From: an uncultured Methanospirillum sp.
GTDB taxonomy: Archaea; Halobacteriota; Methanomicrobia; Methanomicrobiales; Methanospirillaceae
Direction of reading: 5' to 3'
NCBI GenBank assembly: GCA_964461885.1
Contig: CAYWVY010000002.1
Coordinates: 5,107 to 29,106, forward strand
DNA: 24,000 nt
Position numbers and translations under genes: made by a program. The notes under the pieces were generated by a model. That model worked only from the letters and a program-made list of their open reading frames with translations, was not told where the DNA came from and did no database searches. Below, piece by piece: positions 16,031 through 24,000 of this stretch. Position 1 is the first letter of the stretch; the number at the start of each line of letters is the position of its first letter.

Positions 16031-17227
16031 ATGGACCTGCTGGTGCTCGACACGATCCACGGCGGCGCCCTGCTCGGGGACGAGCTCGCGCTGCGGGGAC
16101 ACCGTGTCGAGACCGTCGACGTCTACCGCGGGAACGGGGCACTCCCCGACCCGGACGGTTTCGACTTCGTGATAGCCCCGGTGCACCTGGACCCGGCGCA
16201 CCCGCTTCTCGCCGGGGCGGGGGACCGGTTCGTCTCCCATCACGAGGCCGTGCGCCGCTGCCTCGCTGAGCACCGACCGCGCCTGTTCGTCGAGGTCACC
16301 GGCGCGCGCGGCAAGACGACGACTGCGTTCGCCCTCGCCGAGACGATGGCTGGGGCCGGGATCCTGCATACCTCGGCCGGGACCTTTCTCTATCCCGAGC
16401 GGCGCATGCTCTGGCGCCGGTCCATCACGCCGGCCCAGGTTCTGCCCGTGGCCCGTGCCGCCGCGGCGCTCGGCGGCTGGTGCGTCGCCGAGGAGTCCCT
16501 CGGGGTGACGGGCGCCGGGGACCTCGCCGTGCTGACGTCCGGCGACGACTACGCCTGTGCCGCCGGAGCGCGCTCGGCCCTCGCGTGCAAGCTCGCTTCG
16601 GCCGCACGGGCCCCGCGCCTGCTGGTGACGGACGGCATAGAGATCGACCACCCGGCGCTCTTCCGATCCGGGGACCTCGCCCCCTGTGATGCCGGGACAT
16701 GCGCCGGCCCGGGGGGAGCCATCGCGAACCCGCTCGCGGCCCTCCCGGCATATCGCAATGCGATCCAGCTCGCGGCCGCGGCGGCGGGGCTGCTCGGCTG
16801 CGACGCGTCCCGGCTGGCGGGGATGGGGCCGGTGCCTGGGCGCCTCGCCGCACGGCGCGACGCGGGCCGGACCATCGTGGACGACGCGAACAGCGGCACC
16901 ACGCGCCTGACCGCCTGCGAGGCAGCCGCGTACGCGCGCATCCTGGCACCGGGGCTGCCGCTCTCGCTCGTCGTCGGAGAGGAATATCGGGCGGTCTGCG
17001 ACGGGTTTCCACCGGGGGACGTGGCGGCGGCCGTCGTGGACGTCGATCCGGGCCTTGCCGTGATCGTCGGACCGCCGACGCTCCGGGCGGCGGCACTGGA
17101 GGAGCTCAGGGAACGGGGATGGACAGGGCCGCACCTCGAGGCCGGCACCCTGGACGCAGGCCGGATGGCCGCGATCGGGGCAGGAGGGGAAGGCGCGGTC
17201 GTGCTCGCCGTCAAGACCTGGAGATAG
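16031..17227 (+). CDS. cfbE: Mur-ligase-like coenzyme F430 synthetase
   Basis: Mur-ligase P-loop VEVTGARGKTTTAFAL. The start is set at ATG 16031 (MDLLVLDTIHGG). The 569-aa track ORF is an upstream read-through in the same frame across cfbA. Confidence 0.8.
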   Translation: MDLLVLDTIHGGALLGDELALRGHRVETVDVYRGNGALPDPDGFDFVIAPVHLDPAHPLLAGAGDRFVSHHEAVRRCLAEHRPRLFVEVTGARGKTTTAFALAETMAGAGILHTSAGTFLYPERRMLWRRSITPAQVLPVARAAAALGGWCVAEESLGVTGAGDLAVLTSGDDYACAAGARSALACKLASAARAPRLLVTDGIEIDHPALFRSGDLAPCDAGTCAGPGGAIANPLAALPAYRNAIQLAAAAAGLLGCDASRLAGMGPVPGRLAARRDAGRTIVDDANSGTTRLTACEAAAYARILAPGLPLSLVVGEEYRAVCDGFPPGDVAAAVVDVDPGLAVIVGPPTLRAAALEELRERGWTGPHLEAGTLDAGRMAAIGAGGEGAVVLAVKTWR

Positions 17228-17230
17228 ACG

Positions 17231-18289
17231 ATGAAATACATACAGCCCAGACCAAGCTCGATCGTTGCGGCCCTGTACACTGCCCGTGACCTCGGGGTCG
17301 ACGTCGCGGTCCTGCACGGCCCGTCGGGGTGTTCGTTCAAACATGCCCGGCTCCTTGAGGAGGACGGGATGCGCGTGCTCACCACCTCGCTCGGCGAGAA
17401 CGAGTTCATCTTCGGCGGAGAAGGGCGGCTCGCCGAGGTGCTCGCCGGGGCCGAGGCGGACTTCGCTCCCCGCCGGATGGCCGTCGTGGGCACCTGCGTC
17501 GCCATGATCATCGGCGAGGACCTCGCCCACGCCGCCGGCGGCGTCGCGACCCCGACGATAGCGGTCGACATCCACGCGGGCTTTCCCGAGAACATCGACG
17601 GGGTGATTGCGACGCTCCAGGCGGCAGCCGGTGAGGGCTGGATCGACGAGGAGGAACTCGCGCGCCAGCGAAGCCTCCTCGCGGCCGCGAACGAGGTCGA
17701 ACACCTCCGCGGGGCCGCGAGCAGGCCGTACATCGAGCCAGAGCGCGGTGTGCTCAAGCACGTGGCGGCCGCACGCCTCCTCGAGCTCGCGCGCTCCGGT
17801 GCGCCCGGCATCGCCGTCATGAACGCAAAGAAGGAGACGGCGTACATGTTCGCCGATGTCCTCGCAGCACTTCACGAGGCCGCCCCGAACGCCCACGTCC
17901 GGTATCTCGCGAACCTCGAGGAGCGGGGCCTGCCCAAGGTCCGGGCCGACGCGCGCCGGATCCGCGAGGAGCTCGTCGACCGCGGCGTCCCGGTCGAGGC
18001 CGTCGGGGCCCTCGACGAGTACGGCGCGCTCGGCGACCGGCTCGGCGCGGCCATCCGTGACTCGGGGGCTGCGTGGGCCCTGGTCGCCGGAGTCCCGCAC
18101 GCGATTCCGGCCGAATACACCGGCGGCATCGAGGTCTTCTCGATCACGAACGGACCGCGCCAGGTCGCCCCCCTCCGCGAGCTCGGCCACGCGCACGTGA
18201 TGGTCGAGGTCGACCTCCACCCCAAGACCCTCGGCGTCCGGGAGATCGTCGAGAGCGAGTTCGGCGCGGTGCTCCGGAGCCTCGCATGA
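17231..18289 (+). CDS. cfbD: NifD/NflD-like subunit of Ni-sirohydrochlorin a,c-diamide reductive cyclase
   Basis: RPSSIVAALYTARDLGVDVAVLHGPSGCSFKHARLLEEDG is characteristic of NflD/CfbD. GGAGAT lies 6 nt upstream of the ATG. Confidence 0.85.
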   Translation: MKYIQPRPSSIVAALYTARDLGVDVAVLHGPSGCSFKHARLLEEDGMRVLTTSLGENEFIFGGEGRLAEVLAGAEADFAPRRMAVVGTCVAMIIGEDLAHAAGGVATPTIAVDIHAGFPENIDGVIATLQAAAGEGWIDEEELARQRSLLAAANEVEHLRGAASRPYIEPERGVLKHVAAARLLELARSGAPGIAVMNAKKETAYMFADVLAALHEAAPNAHVRYLANLEERGLPKVRADARRIREELVDRGVPVEAVGALDEYGALGDRLGAAIRDSGAAWALVAGVPHAIPAEYTGGIEVFSITNGPRQVAPLRELGHAHVMVEVDLHPKTLGVREIVESEFGAVLRSLA

Positions 18290-19671
18290 AGGGCGTGGTG
18301 ATCTCGGGCGACCGCTCGGGAAGCGGGAAGACCTCGGTCACGCTGGCGCTCGCGGCCCTCCTCGCCCGGGACCGGACGGTCCAGACCTTCAAGGTCGGCA
18401 TGGACTACATCGACCCCTCGTACCTCTCGGCCGTCACGCACCGGCCCTGTCGGAACCTGGACGGCTTCGTCCTCTCCCCGGCCGAGAACCGGGCGGTCTT
18501 TGATGCCGCGAACCGCGGGGCCGACCTCGCGATCGTCGAGGGGGTCCGTGGGCTGTACGAGGGGGCCGAGGCGATCGGCGACGCTGGATCCACGGCCGAG
18601 ATCGCGAAGCTCCTGGACCTCCCGGTCGTGCTCGTCGTGAACGCCCGCTCGATCACGCGCTCGGCGGCCGCGCTTGTCCGCGGTTTCCAGTCCCTGGACC
18701 CTGGTGTCGCGATCGCGGGCGTGATCCTGAACAACGTCTCGGGCCCGTCCCATCGGGCCAAGGCCGTCACGGCCGTCGAGCACTTCTGCGGCATCCCCGT
18801 GCTCGGCGCAGTTCCACCGATCGAGGAGATGCATCTCGCCATGCGTCACCTCGGGCTCGTCCCGTACCGCGAGGGGAGCGAGGAGTCCGGCTTCCGGGAG
18901 CGGGTCGAGACCGTCACCCGCCTGATCGGCGAATACGTTCCCCCGGAGGGGCTCCTCTCTGTGGCCAGGGAGCTCCCGGCACCGGCCGACCGGCCTCTTC
19001 TTTCGCCGCGCGAGGGTGAGCCGGACGTCACGATCGGCCTCGCCCACGACGAGGCGTTCACATTCTATTACGCGGACCTCGAGGGAGTGCTGAGCTCGGC
19101 CGGGGCCGAGGTGGTCCGGTTCAGCCCCTGTCACGACCCCCTCCCCGACGCGGACGGCTACATCCTCGGCGGCGGGTACCCCGAGATGCATGCGGCTGTG
19201 CTCGAGGCAAACGAGCCCTGCCGGGAGAGGCTGCGCGAGGCGGCGGCAGACGGAGTCCCGATCTACGGCGAATGCGGCGGGCTGATCTACCTGACCGACC
19301 GCGTCCGGCTCGCCGCCGGGTGGCAGGGGGCAAAGCGGGAGAAGGTCCACGAGTTCGCGGGCGTGCTGCCCGGCGAGACGCGGATGCCTGCGCGACGGGT
19401 CGTCACCTACGTCGAGGGGCGGAGCCGGCCCGGGTCGCCGATGGGTGGCAGCGCCTTCCGGGGCCACGCTTTCCATTACTCTGAAGTCGTGCTCGAGCCC
19501 GGGACGCAGTACGCCTACGAGCTCTCGCGCGGAAAGGGGATCGACGGTATGCGGGACGGCGCAGTGGTCAGGAACGTACTCGGGGCTTACTGCCACCTCC
19601 ACCCGGTCGCGAGCCGCTGCATGTTCGCCGCGTTCGTCAATCGGTGTCGTGCGACGGAAACAGAAGCGTAA
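18286..19671 (+). CDS. cfbB: CbiA/CobB-type a,c-diamide synthase (Ni-sirohydrochlorin a,c-diamide synthase)
   Basis: N-terminal P-loop ISGDRSGSGKTSVT. C-terminal glutamine amidotransferase nucleophile IYGECGGLIYL. Its ATG overlaps the cfbD stop as ATGA at 18286-18289. Confidence 0.9.
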   Translation: MKGVVISGDRSGSGKTSVTLALAALLARDRTVQTFKVGMDYIDPSYLSAVTHRPCRNLDGFVLSPAENRAVFDAANRGADLAIVEGVRGLYEGAEAIGDAGSTAEIAKLLDLPVVLVVNARSITRSAAALVRGFQSLDPGVAIAGVILNNVSGPSHRAKAVTAVEHFCGIPVLGAVPPIEEMHLAMRHLGLVPYREGSEESGFRERVETVTRLIGEYVPPEGLLSVARELPAPADRPLLSPREGEPDVTIGLAHDEAFTFYYADLEGVLSSAGAEVVRFSPCHDPLPDADGYILGGGYPEMHAAVLEANEPCRERLREAAADGVPIYGECGGLIYLTDRVRLAAGWQGAKREKVHEFAGVLPGETRMPARRVVTYVEGRSRPGSPMGGSAFRGHAFHYSEVVLEPGTQYAYELSRGKGIDGMRDGAVVRNVLGAYCHLHPVASRCMFAAFVNRCRATETEA

Positions 19672-19704
19672 AGGCTACAATCCCGGCCCCCCCAGAGTGT
19701 ACAC

Positions 19705-20571
19705 ATGATCATCTACCTCGACGGGGCCTATCTTCCCAAGGAGGAGGCGAAGATCTCGGTCTTCGACCACGGGCTTCTCTACGGCGACGGGGTCTTCGAG
19801 GGAATCCGGGCGTACAACGGCCGGATCTTCCGGCTCGACGAACACCTTGACCGGCTGTACGACTCGGCGAAGACGATAGATCTCAAGGTCCCGATCGCGA
19901 AGGCCGAGATGGGTGATGCGATCCGCGAGGTGCTGCGCCGAAACGATCTTCGCGATGCCTACATCCGGCCGATCGTGACGCGTGGGATCGGAGACCTGGG
20001 GCTCGATCCACGGAAGTGCCCGAAGCCCACAGTGATCATCGTCGCAGTCGAGTGGGGCGCGATGTATGGCGATCTGTACGAGAAGGGGCTGACCGGGGTG
20101 ACGGTCTCGATCCGGCGCAACCCCGCCGAGGCCCTTCCGCCGAACGTGAAGAGCCTCAACTACCTCAACAACATCCTCGCCAAGATCGAGGCGAACTACA
20201 AGGGCGGAGACGAGGCCATCTTCTTCGATACGAACGGCTACCTCGCCGAGGGCTCGGGCGACAACCTCTTCGTGGTCAAGAACGGGGAGATCGTGACCCC
20301 GCCCACGCTCAACAACCTGCGCGGTGTCACGCGGCTCGTGGCCCTCGAGTGCGCGGCCGACCTGGGGATCACGGTCGTCGAGCGGAACATGGGGTACTTC
20401 GATCTCTACACGGCCGACGAGGTCTTCGTGACCGGCACGGCGGCCGAGGTCGGGCCGATCGTCGTTATCGACGGCCGGACGATCGGGAGCGGCCGACCCG
20501 GACCGGTCACGAGGCAGCTGATGTCGGCCTTCAAGGCGGCGACCACCCGGTCGGGCACGCCCATCGACTGA
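19705..20571 (+). CDS. ilvE: Branched-chain amino acid aminotransferase (fold type IV)
   Basis: [28 protein letters not shown], and the active-site region [14 protein letters not shown]. Confidence 0.9.
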   Translation: MIIYLDGAYLPKEEAKISVFDHGLLYGDGVFEGIRAYNGRIFRLDEHLDRLYDSAKTIDLKVPIAKAEMGDAIREVLRRNDLRDAYIRPIVTRGIGDLGLDPRKCPKPTVIIVAVEWGAMYGDLYEKGLTGVTVSIRRNPAEALPPNVKSLNYLNNILAKIEANYKGGDEAIFFDTNGYLAEGSGDNLFVVKNGEIVTPPTLNNLRGVTRLVALECAADLGITVVERNMGYFDLYTADEVFVTGTAAEVGPIVVIDGRTIGSGRPGPVTRQLMSAFKAATTRSGTPID

Positions 20572-20594
20572 TGGGGACGGCCGCAACATATATC

Positions 20595-20602
20595 TTTTAA
20601 AT
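20595..20602 (+). promoter_or_regulatory. TATA box candidate TTTTAAAT for tRNA-Glu
   Basis: It is centred about 27 nt upstream of the tRNA 5' end and is preceded by ATATAT. Confidence 0.5.
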
Positions 20603-20625
20603 CGTCCAACTACCTTGGTTCGTCT

Positions 20626-20700
<75 letters not shown>

Positions 20701-20851
20701 TCGATCGCTACTCCTCCCCGGATGGCGAACACCACAGGCGGGGATAAGGAATCCCAAACCGCATACTTCTTTTCAACATCGACGATCTTCGATCTCGTCC
20801 TATGGGACGAAGCTGCATCGCCCGGACATAACGATAACCATTGATACCTGA

Positions 20852-21312
20852 GCATCACTACAGGCGCGGCAAGTCCAAGGCTATGAGACCGTTTGTCTGA
20901 GTCCGCACCGTGTTGCTGTTGGCCTGCTGCGTTCAGTCCGTAGCGGCCGAAGATCCGTACCGACTCGTTACCACGTGGGGGGGGACCTGCCATCTTCGAC
21001 AAACCAGGGGGCATCGCCGTCGATGACGCAGGCACCGTCTACATCGTCGACACGGACAATGACCGGATTTCGGTGTTCGCCCCGGCGTCAGGCGTCGTGC
21101 CGGTACCGCCATCGATGCTGGACCCAACAGACCCGGACGGCGACGGGCTGTACGATGCCGTCAACGGCAACAATCGGCAAGACTTCGCGGACGTGGTGGC
21201 GTGCTTCAACCAGATGACCTGGATCGCGAACAACGAGCCGGTCGCGCCCTTCGACTACAACAACAGCCGGATCGATTTCGCCGACGTCGTCTGGCTCTTC
21301 AACAATCTCTGA
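20852..21312 (+). pseudogene. 5'-truncated, frameshifted remnant of an NHL-repeat protein with a C-terminal dockerin module
   Basis: An NHL blade FDKPGGIAVDDAGTVYIVDTDNDRISVF is followed by two dockerin segments (NGNNRQDFADVVACFNQM and YNNSRIDFADVVWLFNNL). Upstream NHL-like pieces lie in other frames (LSPHRVAVG; SVAAEDPYRLVTTWGG). There is no start codon or signal peptide. An in-frame TAG lies at 20941. Confidence 0.6.
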
Positions 21313-21327
21313 TCCGGCACAGTCCCA

Positions 21328-21333
21328 TTTTTT
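21328..21333 (+). terminator. T6 run 16 nt after the stop of the dockerin remnant
   Basis: CCCATTTTTTGC immediately downstream of TGA at 21310-21312. Confidence 0.35.
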
Positions 21334-21653
21334 GCTTCACGCGATCATCCGGACCGATCCCGGAGGCAGGGACTGGACACCGGGGGCCGTTTCGGCCGGC
21401 AGGAGTGCAGACCTTCGAGAACGGGATCGGCGGCGTGCTGCGTTTCGCTCCCGTCGAATAGCGCCGCGTGCAGACATGCCGACTGTCGAACCGGGGAACG
21501 CGATACCCTCCTGACAGCACGGCGGACCAGGATCCTCCCGGTCCGTCCGGTATGGCGAAGCGACCACCGCTCACGAGGGTGGCGATCGCCTCGCCGGGCC
21601 CGCTCCATGCCGGTGACACCCGCGAGCGTGGGCCGTTCACCAGTCCTTCCCTT

Positions 21654-22000
21654 TCAGATGATCGAGACACTCCCGCTCGTCCCCAAAGCCACCGCCTCGA
21701 CGTCATCGAACAACGCGATCCCTTTCAACCGGAGGGCCTGCTGTGGCCCACGTAGGAGACACGCACCTGCTCCAGCGCGTCCCGGACGAGCGTGTCCCAG
21801 TAGCGCACGAGGAGAGCAACATCGTCGCCAGCGTTGACCCGAGAGCGACCGTGACGGCGAAGATGAAGGCGTTACATAGACGAGAGCGTCCGCTCCCCCG
21901 AGAGCCGGATGACCACCACGATGGCGACGAAACTCGACACACCGACGAGGACCAGTTCAGCAAGGGGCTCCCACCCTGAGAAGATCGCGGAGGGGATCAT
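21654..22000 (-). pseudogene. Decayed DUF421 (YetF-like) membrane protein gene spread over three frames
   Basis: N-terminal piece MIPSAIFSGWEPLAELVLVGVSSFVAIVVVIRLSGERTLSSM*. The next piece NAFIFAVTVALGSTLATMLL is in a second frame. The C-terminal piece ALRLKGIALFDDVEAVALGTSGSVSII* is in a third frame. The total length is well below an intact family member. Confidence 0.6.
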
Positions 22001-22283
22001 CGTGCGCACCCGCCCGCAGCCCCGTTCACCTCCCCCAGAGGATGAACCTTTCCCCCGTTGCCGGCGAAATCCCTCCACGGAACGCAACGCCGATGGAGAG
22101 GATGCCAGCTCCCGATCTGCCCCGCTCAGATCGATACCGCGGCGACCGGATCGGAGACAGCCATAGGAACGCTCATCAGGATCTTCTCTCAATATATCCA
22201 CTGGAACCCGGTGGATCAAAGGCGCCGGCAACGCCCCCCTTCCGGCTGGTGCCGGGAAGCGAGAAGCGAGGGATGATGCGGCA

Positions 22284-23051
22284 ATGACCGTCCAGGAGGC
22301 ACCGAGCGAGGATCAGGCGGACAGGCCTGGGCCGCTGAATGGCGAGCACGATGCGACCTCGGAGGAGCTGCTCAACGCCCTCCCCGACACGACCGTCGTG
22401 GACCTGCCCCTGCTGCTTCTGACCTCGATCTCGACCGTGGTTGCCCTGGTCGGGCTCTTCGCCAACAACGTGGCGATCATAATCGGGGCCATGGTGGTCT
22501 CGCCGCTCCTCTCCCCGATCAACGGGTTCACGCTCGAGCTGGCCGTGGGCCGGCCCCGCCGGGCCCTGGCCAGCCTCCGGGCCCTCCTCCTGCTCATCGT
22601 CCTGGTGGTGGCACTCTCGGCCGCGATCACGGTCGTGCTCTTCTCCCTGGGACCGGTCGTCGTCACGCCACAGATCCTGGACCGGTTCGAGCGACGCGAG
22701 GTCTATCTCGGCATGGCCGTGCTGCTCGGGTTCGCCGCGATGATAGCGCAGGTCAAGGGATTTCACGAGAGCCTGGTCGGGATCGGCATTTCGCTCGCCC
22801 TGCTCCCCCCGGCGGCCGTCGCGGGGATCGCGCTCGCCCTGTTTCGGACGAGCGCCCTCTCGGCCCTGGCCCTGGCCTTCGACAACATCATCGGGGTCCT
22901 GATCGGCGGATTTCTCGGCATCTTCTACTTCCGGCTCGGGCCCACCGAATGGGGGCGGCAGGAATCTGCCCGAAAGGCACTGCTCCTGACCTTCGGCGTC
23001 CTGCTCGCGCTGCTCGCGCTCCTTTACGTGAGCCTGTTCTTCACGGGGTGA
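22284..23051 (+). CDS. DUF389-type hydrophobic-domain membrane protein
   Basis: Multiple TM segments and the family motif IIIGAMVVSPLLSPINGF. The 376-aa antisense ORF is Arg/Glu/Gly-rich junk. Confidence 0.8.
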   Translation: MTVQEAPSEDQADRPGPLNGEHDATSEELLNALPDTTVVDLPLLLLTSISTVVALVGLFANNVAIIIGAMVVSPLLSPINGFTLELAVGRPRRALASLRALLLLIVLVVALSAAITVVLFSLGPVVVTPQILDRFERREVYLGMAVLLGFAAMIAQVKGFHESLVGIGISLALLPPAAVAGIALALFRTSALSALALAFDNIIGVLIGGFLGIFYFRLGPTEWGRQESARKALLLTFGVLLALLALLYVSLFFTG

Positions 23052-23097
23052 ACAGGCTGAGAAATCCCTAAATAGCGACCCCCACCATAGGGAGCTG

Positions 23098-24000
23098 ATG
23101 CACCCGCTGATGTTGATACCGGCCGTCCTCTGCCTGGCCGCATGCGGCGTGCCGCTCGCGAACGCGGCCGGAACCGGAACGTTCATTCTCTCGGACGCAA
23201 CGGCGCTTGTCGGGCAGAACGGCATGACGACCCTGGCACTCAATGCGAGCTGGGAGCCGCCCGCGTCCGACATCTGGCTCAACGTCCGGTACGACCCGGC
23301 GATCATCCGCTATGAGGGCACTCGCTTCACGGCCGGAGGCACGGGCTCGGCTACCCGGACGCAGGCCGGCACGGTCCTGGTCCAGCTCATCGACACGGCC
23401 GGCGTGTACCGGACCGGCCCGCTCGCCACGATCACGTTCTCGGGCCTGAAAAACGGCAGCTCGCCCCTCGAGATCGAGCTCCAGCACGTCCGGACCTATC
23501 CGGACGGGCGGCCCGTCGAGATCACGGACTCGGCCACGACCGCGCCGGGGCGATTCACGGTCCTGGCCTCCGCTCCAGCGAACGGGACGGCCCCCACCAC
23601 CGGGACGCCGAACCAGACCACCGCGGACACGCCCTCCCCGACGGTAACAGCGACCGTGCCGCCGTCCCTCCCGACACTCCCGCCGACTGCAGGCACTCCG
23701 TCGTCGCCACCGACCACGGCCTTCTACGGCGATGACTATAGCGGAGCGGTCTCGCCGACGGCGACGGCGGCCCCCGTCGGGACGATCCCGGCCTCCAACC
23801 GGACCATTGCCGAGATCGCGGCGGCGAACCCGGACTTCTCAGCCTTCGTGAACGCGACACGGTCGGCCAACCTGTTCGACGTGCTAAACGGGCCGGGGCC
23901 TCTGACGGTGTTCATCCCGACGAACGCCGCGTTCGATACACTGCCGCCGGGGGCCCACGAGGCGCTGCTCGCGAACCGCACGGCGCTCGACCTCCTGCTC
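23098..24000 (+). CDS. Secreted cohesin-like / Thr-Pro linker / fasciclin (FAS1) domain protein, 3'-truncated by the window edge
   Basis: Not in the ORF track because it has no stop before the window end; I translated it by hand, and the frame is open for 301 codons. Signal MHPLMLIPAVLCLAAC. Cohesin-like LNVRYDPAIIRYEG...GPLATITFSGLKNGSSPLEI. Linker PTTGTPNQTTADTPSPTVTATVPPSLPTLPPT. FAS1 TIAEIAAANPDFSAFVNATRSANLFDVLNGPGPLTVFIPTNAAFDTL. There are several N-x-S/T sequons. Confidence 0.8.
   Translation, partial: MHPLMLIPAVLCLAACGVPLANAAGTGTFILSDATALVGQNGMTTLALNASWEPPASDIWLNVRYDPAIIRYEGTRFTAGGTGSATRTQAGTVLVQLIDTAGVYRTGPLATITFSGLKNGSSPLEIELQHVRTYPDGRPVEITDSATTAPGRFTVLASAPANGTAPTTGTPNQTTADTPSPTVTATVPPSLPTLPPTAGTPSSPPTTAFYGDDYSGAVSPTATAAPVGTIPASNRTIAEIAAANPDFSAFVNATRSANLFDVLNGPGPLTVFIPTNAAFDTLPPGAHEALLANRTALDLLL

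Noticed and set aside
15518-17227. 569-aa + strand ORF read as one large protein
   Set aside because: Its first ~170 codons cross the divergent spacer and read cfbA out of frame, giving Arg-rich nonsense. The Mur-ligase-like sequence starts at MDLLVLD (16031), right after the cfbA stop.
16019-19602. 733-aa and 576-aa minus-strand ORFs (16019-18220, 17872-19602), plus 432-aa and 223-aa ORFs
   Set aside because: They are antisense or off-frame to cfbE, cfbD and cfbB, which carry clear family motifs. Their products are Arg/Gly/Pro/Asp-rich junk.
20701-22283. Direct repeat of the tRNA-Glu 3' end (att site) or an integrase remnant
   Set aside because: I found no copy of GGTTCGAATCCCC or TAGCAGCA, and no integrase-like peptide in any frame by eye. 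A computational repeat search is still needed.
22239-22287. Hairpin CTTCCGGC-TGGT-GCCGGGAAG and the mini-ORF ATGATGCGGCAATGA overlapping the DUF389 start
   Set aside because: The stem is short, bulged and GC-rich, of a kind common by chance in this DNA. The 4-codon ORF has no convincing SD spacing.
22176-23306. 376-aa minus-strand ORF
   Set aside because: It is antisense to the DUF389 membrane protein gene. Its product is highly charged and low in complexity (runs of E/R/G/D/Q).

Overview
This is a GC-rich archaeal chromosome segment. The gene content points to a methanogen of the Methanomicrobiales type: coenzyme F430 genes cfbA-cfbE-cfbD-cfbB, a protein carrying the 8-Cys 'methanogenesis marker domain 9', CitG-like and DUF447 genes, archaeal-type MetRS and LeuRS, a FlaK-like A24 peptidase, a PAC2 chaperone, TATA-type promoters and oligo-T terminators. 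Most of the window is tightly packed core housekeeping. I support 25 intact or partial CDSs, 2 tRNAs (Arg-TCT and Glu-TTC) and 2 pseudogenes. I saw no CRISPR array, transposase, integrase or recognisable defence genes. Four places are not ordinary. (1) An operon of three genes with no assigned reaction sits back-to-back with the F430 cluster: an FMN TIM barrel with marker domain 9, a CitG-like gene and a DUF447 gene. (2) A 65-nt nested inverted repeat and an AT-rich palindrome-bearing spacer lie upstream of a secreted beta-helix/CBM gene. (3) A roughly 1.6-kb gene-decay zone lies directly 3' of tRNA-Glu. It holds an NHL-dockerin remnant broken at a G8 tract and a DUF421 remnant split over three frames. 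(4) An intact cohesin-like/FAS1 surface protein lies about 1.8 kb from the dockerin remnant. All family assignments come from motif recognition by eye, because no searches could be run. I cannot claim a demonstrably new system. The operon in (1) and the cohesin/dockerin pairing in (4) are the best candidates for undescribed biology.
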